Shown here: positions 11,839 to 25,189 of the stretch, piece by piece
Layout of the letters: each line of letters begins with the position of its first letter
Position numbering within the stretch: the stretch's first letter is position 1
Assembly (NCBI RefSeq): GCF_032191835.1
Contig: NC_083237.1
Span: forward strand, 16,926,001-16,990,000
DNA: 64,000 nucleotides
Source of the DNA: Heteronotia binoei
Taxonomy: Eukaryota
Direction of reading: 5' to 3'
The notes under the pieces: model-generated
What the model was told of the DNA's origin: nothing
The model's input: the letters and a program-made list of their open reading frames with translations, nothing else
Databases searched by the model: none
Program-made: the position numbers and the translations under genes

Positions 11839-12324
11839 AAGCTGCCGATTTGACAGTCCAGGTATGCTTAAGGGTGGGGCCTCAAATTGCCCCACCCGCA
11901 AGAATCATGGCTCCTAATCAGCCATGCAGCCAGCATGATGCAGGGAAGTCAGAGGCTGGGACAGAACAGCTGCTGGGATAAATAGCAGCAGGTGGCAGCA
12001 GTGGGCTTCGGTGAGTGCAGTAGCGATAAAGGAGTGGCAGCCCAAATGATGATACGTGTTTGTGCTACTCATTTTCCATTGTTGTGTTTTGTTTTTTTCT
12101 CATCCATACTGAGTGTCTGATTGCTTGTACCTGAGTTGGTGTAAGGCAGCTTCATATGCAATGCTTTTTTTGTAGCAGGAACTCCTTTGCCTATTAGGCC
12201 ACACACCCCTGATGTAGTCTTGATTTGGAGTCAGCCCAATGGTCCTTCTAGGATGGCACTGTCTCTCCTGGCAGACTGGTAGCAGCTCTCTGAGGTTTTG
12301 CATACAGTCTGGACTCTTATCTGT

Positions 12325-12560
12325 GTGCGGACTCTTATCTGGAGGAACCGGGTTTGTTTCCCCCACCCCTCCACTTGCACCTGCTAGAATGACTTTGGAT
12401 CAGCCATAGCTTTCTCAGACCTGTTCTGCTCAAGAATAGTTCTTGGAGTTCTTCCTCAGCCCTGCCTACCTCACAAGGTGTCTGTTGTGAGGAGAGGAAG
12501 GGAAGAAGATTGTAAACCACCCCGAGACTCTGAGTAAAGGGTAGGGTATAAAACCAATCT
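12325..12560 (+). mobile_element. tRNA-derived CORE-type SINE with L2-like tail (Squam3-like)
   Basis: Head gtgcggactcttatctggaggaaccgggtt, MIR-core-like acctcacaaggtgtctgttgtgag, L2-like 3' end. Confidence 0.75.
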
Positions 12561-14896
12561 CCTCCTCCGCCTCCTCAATATAGCAGAGTTTTGCCCAGTG
12601 ACAGAAGCATAATACTGAGTGCAGTAAATAACTCTCCCTAGAGGTATATTGTCAAAAAGATAAACTTACATTTATTCAGGTAGATCCAGTTCATAATCAG
12701 GCTGCAGTCAAAAGGAGAGAGAGAAGCCTATTCCAAATGGTGCTTTCCCTATCACAAATGGCCAGTTAATCCGGCATCATGTGTATGGGAGTTTGAGGGC
12801 AGACAAAGACAGACAGAGAGAGAGTAAGCGTCAGAGGCAGCGCCCAGGTTAAGACGAAGAGAGGCATCCCATTCAAGGAGATAACACCTACGCACATTTA
12901 GAGTGATGTAGCATCCCCTAATGTCCAAGCATGCTGAGTCACTCGCTCCAACAAAATGTTCGCAATATTTACAGTTTTCCTATCTGGTGTACCAACATGT
13001 AATCTACTATTTTTTTTCCAGGTCTGGAACATAATTAATGAGGTATTGTGTTGAGGGTCATGGACCCATATATATTTATTTCTTTTTTGTTTCATGTTGT
13101 CAATGTAAGCTAAAGAACTTTCTCCAGAGCTTTGAACATATGGTAGTAAAATGTATCGGGACTGTTAACGGTGGTAAAATATGTAAAGAGCCAGTTTGGT
13201 GTAGTGGTTAAGTGTGCGGATTCTTATCCAGTGGGACTTGTCTGGCATGGACTCTTTCTAAGGTGGTTCATCTACTCTAGGATTACAGTTGATGCTTCTT
13301 GATTTGGATGTAGTCAATCCTCCAAGATCTTACAGGGGTCCAGGGGTTTTTTTGTAGCAGGAATTCCTTTGCATATTAGTCCACACACCTCCGATGTAGC
13401 CAATCCTCCAAGAGTTTACAGGGTTCCAGGCTTTTTTTGAAGCAGGAACTCCTTTGCATATTAGGCCACACACTCCTGAAACAGCCACTCCTCCAAGAGT
13501 TTACAGGGTTCTTAATACGGGGCCTACTGCAAACTCCAGGAGGATTGTGTTCGTGTGTGTGTGTGTGTGCCTTTCCCAAGGCCATACAAGTGAGCACCTT
13601 ATAAGAATATGCATATAATTCTGGATTCCCAGATTCAATCCACAGTTCTCTTTGTTACATTACCTCAAGAAAAGAGAAGGACAAGGGTTTCTTTTTCTTC
13701 ATTTGTTCACAATGCTGACAATAAGAAACTCTTTTCTTTTCTTTTTTTGCATTAAATAAAAGCTGAGAGTCTTAGGCTGAAAACAGTGGAAGATACCTTA
13801 TCTGTTGTTCCTACCATCTCCAAATAGAAAAGGGAATGGTCACATTCACTGGGTCAGGTAAAAGTTGAAGGTCTTGAATTGTTTCTTTCGTACACAATGT
13901 GGATCAGGCTCAATCTGAATTTGTCAGGTTCCCTGTCGGACTTGGAGTAAACCTATGCTTCTGTCTTCTTTTTATTCTTTGTCATGAAGGCCTTCAGCCT
14001 TACTGAGCCTTTGGACACACTTTGAATTTTGAGAATGGATAGTGGTTGTCACCACACGATAGCCAATCAAAGCAAGTTGCTAGACATCTTGGAGAGGATT
14101 AGCAAATTAAGGATTATGGGTAAATTAAACACATATCCAGAGGATCAAACTGGCATGGAAAACCTATGAAAGATTCTGTCCATCCATCTGTGACAAGCAC
14201 AACTCCTCCAAAAATAAAGCTTGCCTCTGGTTTCAGGATGATAATGAGTATCAAATATGAAAGGGATCAGAACATTCTGGGCTGCACAATCCCTAGAATC
14301 CCTAACCCTACCGTGTTTGCGTTTTTTCATTGAAAGGTATGGTTGTCTCTGGCAGGCATGATTCTTCCAAAAATAAAGGTAGGAGCTTCAACATTGGCCA
14401 CTGGCTTCTGGGTGATTTGGGACTTGCGATTCCAAACAAGAAAGGAATTGGAATATCCTGCCCATTCTATTCCCACCACCACCGCCGCCACTTTTTTGCA
14501 TTAGAAGCGATGATTGTATGTGACAGAACACATTTGACACTACAGTTAGGAGGTTCAAAACTGGTGACCCATTTCAGACAATGGTGGTTCTTGTAGTGCC
14601 AAGAATCAAGGCAATTGTGTCTTCCTGGTACAGATTTTCACCCAAACCTCACTTATCATCAAAGGAAGCAAAAGTTTATTCACAGAAGCCAAAATGAGCA
14701 GTTGGCACAAGCAGGGAGAGTGGAAAGTATCTGACAAAGCAGAGGAGATTTAACAGCTTACCTGACCTTTCAGAACCTGTCTCCTGTAGTAGTTAGCAGG
14801 GCTTTTTTTTTAGAAAAAGCCCAGCAGGAACTTATTTGAATATGAGGCCACACCCCCTAACAGCTCCATTGTTTGATAGAGGGGGTTTTTTTGTAG

Positions 14897-15170
14897 AAGA
14901 AGAAGATATTGGATTTATATCCCGCCCTCCACTCAAGAGTCTCAGAGTGGCTCACAATCTTCTTTACCTTCCCCCCGCACAACAGACATCTTGTGAGGTG
15001 GGTGGGGCGGAGAGGGCTCTCACAGCAGCTGCCCTTTCAAGGACAACCTCTGCCAGGGCTATGGCTGACCCAAGGCCATGCTAGCAGGTGCAAGTCGAGG
15101 AGTGGGGAATCAAACCCGGTTCTCCCAGATAAGAGTCCTCACATTTAACCACTACACTAAACTGGCTCAC
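14897..15170 (-). mobile_element. CORE-type SINE (Squam3-like) nested in a hAT MITE
   Basis: Full head-to-tail copy ending in (tct)n, lying inside MITE 14797-15305 (TSD gtagttag/gtgattag). Confidence 0.85.
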
Positions 15171-16686
15171 CCTACATCAAACTGGCTCTCTCTTTTTTTG
15201 TAGAAAAAGCCCAGCAGGGATTCATTTGCATATTAGGCCACTCCCCCTGATGCCAAGCCAGCCAGAACTGCGTTCCTATGTGTTCCTGCTCAAAAAAAAG
15301 CCCTGGTGATTAGACTACTGGGAGCAGGGTCAAGGAGAGCCAGGATCAATCCCCACTTTTCCATTTAAGGTTGCTGGATGAATAAGGGCCAATCACACCC
15401 TTTCAGCAAAACACCCCTCACAGAGTTGTTGTGAGTACAAAATGGAGGAGAGGAGAACTGTGAGTGGGTAGGGAGACACAGAAGGCTTGGGGATGGCTAT
15501 ATGTCCATGCCCTCAAACTTTTCTTGCTGCAGTTACTAGAGGGAGGCTAGCAGGTGTAGCTGTAACACTGTTTAATTCACAGTCCTATCTGGTTCACAGT
15601 GGAAATCTTCCAGTCAACACAATCGGCGCTTTTTTTTTTAAGCAGGGACGCAGTTCCAGCTAGCCTGGCATCAGGGGGTGTGGCCTAATATGCAAATGAG
15701 TTCCTGCTGGGCTTTTTCCACACACAAAAAGACCTGAACACAACAATCTGCTCAGTTTTCTGCCATCTTCTCCACAACCCCCTCCTGCCTCCCTGAATGC
15801 CACTTTTATATGATTCGCTCCAGCCTCAGGCCAAGATGGTCTTCTGCCACAATCACCTTGCCCAGATCTCCTAGGCTGGGCCTCCTATTCCTCCCATCAT
15901 CCCTGAGAATCCTTGCCAGCTTTCTTCTTCACTGGCTTCCTGGCTGAGCAGTTCTGCTGGCTCCAGAGCCTGGTCTAACTCTTTAGGCTCTTTTGCTGAC
16001 AAAGGAAGCCCCTACCGGTGAGTTTCCATCTGGAGTTCCAGTGGTTTCCCTTCTGACCCCTTTCTCTCATGTTGGTCTCTCAGGAATCTCCCTGCCATAA
16101 GAACCATGTAAGCTGTAGTTGGGGGAATGGAGGGGTATAACGTTTATTATAAGTCAAAAGTTGCAAAAGGTTGCAAAAAGTGGTGATTGCTCTTGCTGTT
16201 GATCCATCTGGTATTGCCGCGGGGAGTGGGGGGTGTTTAACAGGAGACAAAACTGCTCATTCAGTATTTAAACCACTGCTAAGTAGTGCAAGCATGGCAC
16301 ATTTGGGGTGGGAAAGTGAAGCGAGGCAGGACGAAGCCCCTCGTTATCAACAATATGGAAGGTCCCTGGACTAGTAGAGGCGAAATGCTGCCATCATGTC
16401 TTAATGAAACAACATGTCCGTGATCAGAACATGCCAACCTGTATGCAGTCCTAATAACACTGAGATTTCTTTGTCTCTGGGCTGCACGGTCTTCCTTTCT
16501 TATTATTAGATGTACTTTCGAATGATGACTTTGTCTTTTGATACTTTCTGTGAAAAATGTCCCATTCTTTTTTTCTTATTATTTTTCAAATGTTATCTTG
16601 CTGGATATTTCCAATTTACTTTGTATTGTTGCCATGACTTTTGTTTTACTGATGCAATAAAGACTGATTAATTGAATTAACAGTTA

Positions 16687-17070
16687 AGAAGAAGAAGATA
16701 TTGAATTTATACCCCACCCTTTTCCCTGAATCAGAGTCTCAGAGCGGCTCACAATCTCTTTTACCTTCCTCCCCCACAACAGACACCCTGTGAGGTAGAT
16801 GAAGATATTGGATTTATATCCCGCCCTCCACTCCGAAGAGTCTCAGAGCGGCTCACAATCTCCTTTACCTTCCTCCCCCACAACAGACAGCCTGTGGGGT
16901 GGGTGGGGCTGAGAGGGCTCTCACAGCAGCTGCCCTTTCAAGGACAACCTCTGCCAGAGCTATGGCTGATCCAAGGCCATTCCAGCAGCTGCAAGTGAAG
17001 GAGTGGGGAATCAAACCCGGTTCTCCCAGATAAGAGTCCACACACTTAACCATTACACGAAACTGGCTCT
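16687..17070 (-). mobile_element. CORE-type SINE with an extra tandem 3' end
   Basis: Full copy at about 16800-17070 preceded by a second 3'-end segment at 16687-16800. Confidence 0.85.
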
Positions 17071-18339
17071 CCCTGAGAATCCTTGCCAGCTTATTGGAAA
17101 GACTTTTCACTGGCCTCCTCCCAAGCCCTTTTGAAAGTAATGCTGCCATTCATGGATGCTCCCTGGTCAGTCCTCTCCTCTCATGAGACACTTTGCGTGT
17201 TCAAGCATTTGGGTCCACCACCACCACCTTCTCAGACTTCCTGGTAGTACAGATTGTAGCTCCCTAAAGGATCAGCCTCTTTCCAGTATATTCCATTTAA
17301 AAAAGAAGAAGAAGAGAAACACTTTCCAGAACATTTATAAAAAAATACCACTAATTATTACATTTATTCAAATTACAAACGTCCCGCTAACATGGCATGA
17401 TACAAAGGAATGTAGCCTGCCCCCTTTTCTTTCTTTGCCTGCTACACTGACTTTCTGTGTTTTAAACATAGTGGAGCATTCAGAAATGTCATTTCCCACT
17501 TGCATTTTAATCCCAGAGTGATAAGCATCCGTTAGGATGAGAAATATCATAATCTCTGAATAACAGATATTCTATGTTCAGAGAAGCATTCTAAAATAGA
17601 ACACAACATGTGCCAAAAGTAGATAATGCCACCATCAAATAAGCACCCAACACTGTTTAAACAATTTGTACTACTCGATAGTAGAAAGTGCCATCAAGTC
17701 GCAGATGCCCTGAAAACTTCAGGGCTGCTGCAGCTTGCCTGAAATGGCATATACTTTCCTAAAGATTGGGTAGCCACTGAGAAGGCCCTGGCCGGCATAA
17801 CTGCATGGCATCTAGGAATAATAAGAAGACCCTGCTAGTATGAATGAAGAGGCACACAAGAGAATACACAAGGCTTTGAGTGGTTTTAAGGGTGAAAGGG
17901 GCACTCTGAACTGGACCTAGGAAGAGGTAGACAAAGTAAAGTTCTTAGAGTATGTTATATGTGCAGACAGTGGCTAACCCCTAGCTAAGACTGGACTGAG
18001 GGGTTTTAGAGTAATTAGTGTTTCTGGATTGTCATCAGGACTTTTTCTGTAGCAAGAACACCTTTGCATATTAGACCAAACCCCCCTGATGTAGCCAATC
18101 CTCCAACAGTTTATAGGGCTCTTAGTACAGAGCCTTCTGTAAGCTCCAGAAGGATTGGCTACATCAGGGGTATGTGGCCTAATATGCAAAGGAGTTCCTG
18201 CTACAAAAAACACCCTGGTTGTCATCAAGAACAGCCCCATACAGAGTGACTGTGCAAGGTTACCTAGTGAGTTGTTAAGGTAACTAAACCCATTACTATT
18301 TGTTGGGTTCTAGTCCAGTACACTAACCATTTTGTGTTG

Positions 18340-18560
18340 ACAGCTGTGTTGTATCGAAAACTGTCGGCCATAAATATAGCTAAAGTCTTCTCCCTGATCA
18401 AGAAGGTAAGTTTGGTCATCTCTGCAAGTTCCACCTACTTCATCAGCCATTCTTCTATGGTAGATAATATTGGAGATTTACACTTCTGAGCCTACAGTAA
18501 TCCGGCTGTTGTTATCATATACAAAAACAATGTCCCATGTGTTCTTTCTGAGAAATTAAA
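18340..18560 (-). mobile_element. L1-like ORF2 C-terminal fragment
   Basis: Translates as ...KSPILSTIEEWLMK.VELAEMTKLTFLIREK; homologous to 25190-25420 on the opposite strand. Confidence 0.6.
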
Positions 18561-19655
18561 AATTTAAGGTAAACGAGGGATAAGAAATTTAAAGTGAATA
18601 CATGGAGTGTCTATAAAGCAAAAAATAAAAATAGATAAATTTCACTCCACCTTTTTTCCAGGGCAGATCTGAAGAGCCTTCCAAAGAAAATAAAGCCATT
18701 GTACCTCATAATACATAGAACAGGAAGAAAACAATCTACAAGTGCACAATTTCATACAAATTTCAACACAGATCAGCTAACTAGTTGACTAGCTAGCTGT
18801 ATCAGTAGGCATAAGTTAACCCTCAAGCTCCTTCCAAATGAGTCTTAAAAAGTTATCCTTTGTAGACTTTTCCGCTTTCATTCCACCAGACCAAAAAAGT
18901 CAAGGAAATGATCACAGTATCTTTTATCTGGCCCGATCTTGTCACTGTGAACTTGGAAAGGACTGAGTTGTAGACAGGGCTATGAAGAATAGATGAATAT
19001 TTGTCGGAAAAAATCTTTTGGAGGGCTGAGGCACGAAATGCTGAGAGTATCTAGGAGGAGTTAGGTTACAACATGGAGTGTTCTGTGGAAGTTTGGATAT
19101 TTATTTATTTATTTATTCTATGACTTATATCCCGCCCTTCCCATAAAATGGCTCAGGGCGGCTCACAACAAACGATAAAACAATAAACAGAGTGCAAAGT
19201 TATTATATTTAAAAAAGTCGAAGCGTTTAAAACCTAAAAACCTTAAAATCTTAACGTTAAAACTATACAGTATATTTCACTGCATCTGATGCAACTTAAG
19301 TGGCTGTGCTGTAAACACAGATATTTGTATCTAAGGAGCATATAACAGAGATTCTATTAAGACTTCCTACTATATCATCCAAGGAAATCAAAATCTTATG
19401 GTGCAACTCCTATAATTTCTCACTGTTTGTGGAAATAAGAACTGTTTGCATTAACTTAATCACAGGTCCATGATATAGAGTAGGAGAAGTGGCAGATATC
19501 ATAAAGACTGCTAAATGTGCTTCATAGCTGAGGAAAAATCAAATTGCCACTGTCCAAACTCAACATTTGACCAAAACTAGTAAAGTTTTTGGCTGGCCAT
19601 AAGCAATTCCTAGACTAATTAAGCAGGACGTCTGTGCTCATTTTTTTGTTGTTGC

Positions 19656-20582
19656 TCAAAGCCTTCTCAATACCTTGCCCACTGCCCTGTGGATCTCTTT
19701 GTTCCGCAAGCTATAAATGATGGGATTGAGTATGGGTGTGACCACTATGTAAAGGACAGCTGTCTGCTTGTCACGATCAATAACTGCATCTGCACTAGGT
19801 CTCATGTACATAAAGATGAGGGTACTATAGAAAAGGGTGACCACCACCAAATGGGAGGTACAAGTGGAAAGTGCCTTCCTCCGTCCAACTCTTGATGGCA
19901 TTTGAAACACGGAGTAGAGAATGCAACCATAGGAGGTTAGGATAACGGAAAAGGGACCCACAAGGATCAATGTAGACGCAATCAAAATAATGGGTTCTGT
20001 GTAGCGGGTTTCTTTACACGTATATTTAAATACAACTGGTTGCTCACAGAAGAAGTGGTTGATGTGGTTGCTCCCACAAAACAGGACAGAAATAGTGCAG
20101 GTCACATTGACTGAACCAATAAGAAACCCAGCTACCCAGGAAACTGAGATGAGCTGCCACTGGCGTTTCCTGTTCATAACAGCAGTATACGCCAAGGGGT
20201 TACAAATGGCCAAACAGCGGTCATAGGCCATGGCAGCTAGAAGAACACATTCGGTGCATCCCAGGCAGGTGGTAGCATACATCTGGGCTGCACAGCGAGT
20301 GAAGGAGATAACACCATTTCCTGTTATCTGGTGAGCCAGCATCTGAGGCATAGTCGTAGTGACAAAGCAGATCTCTAGACCAGCAAGATGTGTGAGGAAG
20401 AAGTACATGGGTGTGTGGAGACATGGGTCAGCCCACACAAGTATTATGATCAGCAGATTCCCCACAATAGTAGCAGAGTATATGAAAAAGAATACCACAA
20501 AGAGCAGAATCTGAGTCTGGCGATGGTTGGAGAGTCCTACCAAGATGAACTCTGTGACAAAAGTGATGTTCTCAGCCCTCAT
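19656..20582 (-). CDS. Olfactory receptor, class II, intact
   Basis: MRAENITFVTEFILVGL, LHTPMYFFL, MAYDRCLAIC, KALSTCTSHL, PILNPIIYSLRNKE. Acceptor ttgcattttccctgcag lies just upstream, so the upstream ATG in the ORF track is probably intronic. Confidence 0.95.
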   Translation of the reverse strand: MRAENITFVTEFILVGLSNHRQTQILLFVVFFFIYSATIVGNLLIIILVWADPCLHTPMYFFLTHLAGLEICFVTTTMPQMLAHQITGNGVISFTRCAAQMYATTCLGCTECVLLAAMAYDRCLAICNPLAYTAVMNRKRQWQLISVSWVAGFLIGSVNVTCTISVLFCGSNHINHFFCEQPVVFKYTCKETRYTEPIILIASTLILVGPFSVILTSYGCILYSVFQMPSRVGRRKALSTCTSHLVVVTLFYSTLIFMYMRPSADAVIDRDKQTAVLYIVVTPILNPIIYSLRNKEIHRAVGKVLRRL

Positions 20583-21894
20583 CCTGGCCTCCTGGCTGCA
20601 GGGAAAATGCAACAATTAGATTCTCTGATGCAGTTTTAAAACCCACTAAGGTAAACCCCAAATGTAATCTGACAAATTCAACACCATTAGGTGTGTGCAC
20701 ATTCTTTTTTCCAGGTTAAAGTATATTGGACCCATAACATATCAGTATTCTTGATATTCCCAAATTCCAATACTGGTGTGATATTCAAATTCATGAGTTT
20801 TCACAGAATCTAATTTTTTTTCAACTCCATTATACCCTATGGGGACCATTATCGTCAGTGAGAAATCTATCCTGGGGTGTCTGAGGGGTCTTCTGTTTGA
20901 GGTAGAGGCACCAAACTTGCAGCATAGCTGCTGGTTCCTCTTTTCAAAAGAACCCACATGGTTCAAAAAGATTGAACCAAGGAGTCAAATTCTATAGGCT
21001 CCCAAAGAAGGTGCCCATGTATCCCAAATAACAAGGGCAAAAGAAGCCCCCAAAAACAGAATCAAAGTCCCAAAGAATCTCCACAATAGAAACTGAAGGG
21101 GGGCATTTTTAAAAGTCCAGCATAACCACTGCAATGTGCAGAGTGCCCAGCAGAACCCAGTGACATTGTCTCAAAGGTGCCCCTGGACTCAGGCTTTGTT
21201 CTACTGCTTCAGATCAACACGGCTGCCCACCTGGATCTAACTTCAATGAAGAGAGGGCAGGAAAATAGCAATGATTGGAGAGAGTTTCTAAAGCTCTTGT
21301 AATATGACTACTTTCAGTAAATACTCGTTTTCTCAAGTTCTTATTGATGAGGAAGTACGTTACGGATTGAAACATGGGAAGGAAACCTGGCACAAGTTGA
21401 ATGAGTTATATATCTATGTGCCCTTAAGATGTAATCAATTTATTGCAACCGCAGCAAGGGCTTTCAAGGCAAGTGAGATGCAGAGGTAGTTTGACATTGC
21501 CTTCCTCTGCGGAGTCTTCCATTGAGGGCCCCCATCGAAGTACTGACTCTGCTTTGCTACTGAGATTGGGGTATACCATACCAATCTACATCTTCTGAAT
21601 TCGTCACTAGAACACTATTTGAGGACTAACCATTTTAAAGTGGGACAGCGCACAGGTGCAAGTAGGGAGTACTTTCCCCTCCCCCCTCCCAAGATCAAGG
21701 ACAGCTTCACAACGGAGGCAAACTGCCTGCTTAAAGAATTTCTGGGGTGTTTTTACCCTAGGAGAATTTTAAGGAAAAGGGTTTTTTTTTGTTTCCATTC
21801 TAGCATTCGTGTTCATGTGCTGGAGACCAACAAACAACTGGACTCTGCAACCCACTGGATAAAACAGAGCCTTACCTTTGTGCTCCTCCTTGGC

Positions 21895-22170
21895 AGAAGA
21901 AGAAGAAGAAGAAGATACTGGATTTATATCCTGCCCTCCACTCTGAAGAGTCTCAGAGCGGCTCACAATCTCCTCCACCCACAACATATACCCTGTGAGG
22001 TGGGTGGGGCTGGAGAGGGTTCTCACAGCAGCTGCCCTTTCAAGGACAACCTCTGCCAGAGCTATGGCTGACCCAAGGCCATGCTAGCAGGTGCAAGTGG
22101 AGGAGTGGGGAATCAAACCCGGTTCTCCCAGATAAGAGTCTGCACACTTACTACACCAAACTGGCTCTCC
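21895..22170 (-). mobile_element. CORE-type SINE (Squam3-like)
   Basis: Full copy; further copies at 32170-32445 (-), 39197-39475 (+) and 52265-52530 (-). Confidence 0.85.
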
Positions 22171-23641
22171 AGCCTTCAACAATGAAGATTTTTATTTAAA
22201 AATGCTTTATGTATGTTAATACATAAAACTAGTTGGGTAAGTATCAGCCAGCTTTCTTATGCAAGATGCTGAAAGTGGATTTAGAAGTTTGCTGGACCAT
22301 CAACCACTAAATGTATGCCATCTCTCACGAGCGCTCCTGATGAAAACGATAGATCAAAATCCGTTGTGCAATTGTTCCTGTGGCAGGATCTTGGAGCCAG
22401 ATATGCAGAGGTTCAGCAAAAGAGCAGAAAACATCTAGAATTTCCCAGCTTCCCATTGCAGGAAGCATTGCATATTAACATGGGTACAGAACTGCAGCAT
22501 ACAGATACCTAAATTATTATTTAACATGCTAGAAATATGCTGCTTAGCTTTCTGTTGATGAGCATTCGAGTTTTCAACAAAAGGAAAGTAGATGGAAAAT
22601 CGCAATGCTCAATTTTCCCAAGTGCCTGTAAGACCATGATAAGAGTTGCATGTGCAGCAAATGATCCATCTGTGCCAGCAGTATTGCCCTTAGTGGGCTG
22701 CAGCTCTCCGGGAGCTCAGGTGTATGTCACTCCATGCCCTTTTAGTTGAGACCTTTCCAATGGAGCTACCAGAGATCCTTTATCTTCTGACCATATGCTG
22801 TAGCTCCCTAAGCCCATGTTCTTCAGCCTCCTTCACAGATGTTTCTCCAACCAATTTCAAAGATGTACAAAGTGATGGTCAAAGTAACCTAACTGTGTTA
22901 TGTGTTAGATGACTGAGAGGCAGCTTTCCCTCCTTATGATATCAAAGGCTTGGGGTTTTGGGAAGGTAATGAAAGCTTGACAGAGATTGCTTTGATCCCT
23001 GTGGTGTTTTCACTACATTATTAACCTTTTCTCTATTATGACTTCAACATCTCGTTGGGTCTCAGGAGTTTAATGTAGTATGCAATGCGAAGTGGGGGGG
23101 GGGGCAGAATCACTGAATTGTTCATAGAACGCTGTGAAGAAAACAATAAGGTGTATCTCAGAACTCTTTCCAACAATTTGTGAATTTTTTCAGACATTCC
23201 CTCTATCTCACTGACTTAGCTTTGTTTCTGCTGTGAATCTCTTGACAGCAGTGAATAGGAGAGAAAAGGATTGCTTATACATTTCATTTAAATCACAGAT
23301 TTCCATCCAAGGGGAGTGAATGATGTTTTGGACTCACATCAATGTCTCTGAGATAAGCTAGGCCGAGGTCTCCAACAGGTAGCTCATGTTTAACTGGTAG
23401 CTCATTGGCTTCTATGGAGTAACTCAGGTATCCTTTAGGAGAACCAGGAAAGGACTGTGAAAACCATGTTTTAGCCCTTTAAAAATAAAGCTTTTGTTCA
23501 CAAGATCTTTCTTGGTCCTTCTTAAAGGATAGCTTGCTTTCTGGTGCTTCTAGTCCATATCTGTTTGGGGGGACAGGACGGACCTTGGTAACATGCTGGG
23601 GAGGATCAACTTGGGATCGTTTTCATTGCTCAGAATTAGTT

Positions 23642-23652
23642 CTTTTTAATGA
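23642..23652. promoter_or_regulatory. Candidate homeodomain (Lhx2-type) site upstream of OR
   Basis: CTTTTTAATGA equals the 3' 11 nt of the mouse OR 13-mer AACTTTTTAATGA; retained as CTCTTTAATGA at 31008-31018 in the duplicated unit. Confidence 0.4.
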
Positions 23653-23889
23653 AAAAAAAAGTTGACAGCCCCTGATCTAGGCAAGGATGGAGAAACATAT
23701 CCAAAGCCACCCCTGCTGAGAAATGGAGAAGACTATAGATGTTATTGTTTGCTTCTCATATCTGCTTGTACTGACTCTCCAAGAAAGGTGCCACCCTGCC
23801 ATTTTTCTTTATATGGCTGAAAATCTAAGTTTTCTTCTTTTTTTTCCCAGTTAGAAAGGTGAGATGCTGAGAATCTGTATTCTCTAACA

Positions 23890-24490
23890 CAGGGGTGTCA
23901 AACCCATTTTGTTATGGGGGCCAAATCTGACATAAATGAGACCTTGTCAGGCCAGGGCATGTCAGGCCAGGCGATGTGAAAGATTAGGTAGCAAAGATAC
24001 AAACTTTATAAACGATGCAGACAAACACAAATATATATACTAAAAAACCTTAAAACATGCATAAAACATTAGCACTCATTGGTCTTAAAGGTGCTTTCTT
24101 CGTACCTCTCCCATGGGATCCAGGGAACTGAGCAAAGGAAGCTCTCACACTTTCCTTCCTTTCTCAGGGGACCAGGAGAGGGAGGAGCCTCAACCAAGAG
24201 AAGGAAGAGAGGCTTAGCTCAGTAGCTCTGCTGTGCAATTGAGAGAACCTGACAAAGCAAGTTCACCCTCCTCCTCTTCCTTTCCAAGGAGGAGCCTCAA
24301 CCAATGGAGAAAGTAGAGGTTTTGCTCTATAGCTCCTGTGCAAGTGAGCAAGCCTGGCAAAGCAAACTGTGATGCAGAAGGAAGCAAGAGAAAGAGAGAC
24401 GGAAACAGATGACAGCCAGTTGCTTGGGGGCCTGACAAGAGCTTTCCGAGGGCCCGATTTGGCCCCCAGGCTACATGTTTGACACCCCTG
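23890..24490. mobile_element. About 600-bp hAT MITE
   Basis: caggggtgtcaaac/gtttgacacccctg TIRs; the paralogous site near 31240 is empty. Confidence 0.9.
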
Positions 24491-25189
24491 CTGTGATATT
24501 GGTCTTGAAAACATAGTTTTCATTTATCCCACCAAGCTGGGCTCAAACATTTAACTTCTTCCTTTCTTTCTCAGGTGGCCCCAATTCACTTTGCAAACTT
24601 GTATAAAATTTACATTTTACTGGCAGACTGGGATCCATTACCTTTGTTGCGTAATTTTTTGGGCCAAAGGCCTGAAACTCACTGGATGACCTTGGGAATC
24701 AAATGTAGTAGGCATGTAGATGACTGAGAAAAAGTAACTTCCTGCTTTGTCCAGACTGACAAAACAAAGGAGAGTACAATTTAGGGTTGTACCAGACCGC
24801 AGAGATCAGCAATCGGTAATCCCAAACTTGTTCTGTTCTACCTTTCTTGCCAAGGAACTTGAAGCACCAGAATCTGACCCACCTAGGAGACCCCCAACCT
24901 TCTATCAAAACAATGTTTCTGAAGTAAGATATTGTCTTTCTTCCATCATTGATTGGTTTGGGGATGCTTACAGTGTGCCCAAAGCTGCCTGTTTGGACCC
25001 AGCCTTTGTATCTACCATGCCTGTCTTTCCCCAAGGCAGGCAGACATGGATTAGCAAGTAGTCACACTGTTGATTCACTGTGTGTGTGTGTGTATATATA
25101 TATATATTGGCCACTGTGTGATACAGAGTGTTGGATTGGATGGGCCATTGACCTGATCCAACATGGTTTCTCTTATGTTCTTATGTTCT

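Noticed and set aside
15901-17093. 22-bp direct repeat ccctgagaatccttgccagctt as a TSD
   Set aside because: Recognisable inserts start near 16110, not at the repeat; more likely an internal repeat of an old LTR-like sequence.
23300-23700. Full H-element/Greek-island type enhancer
   Set aside because: Only one strong homeodomain match and weak O/E matches; no composite motif cluster, so reported only as a candidate promoter site.
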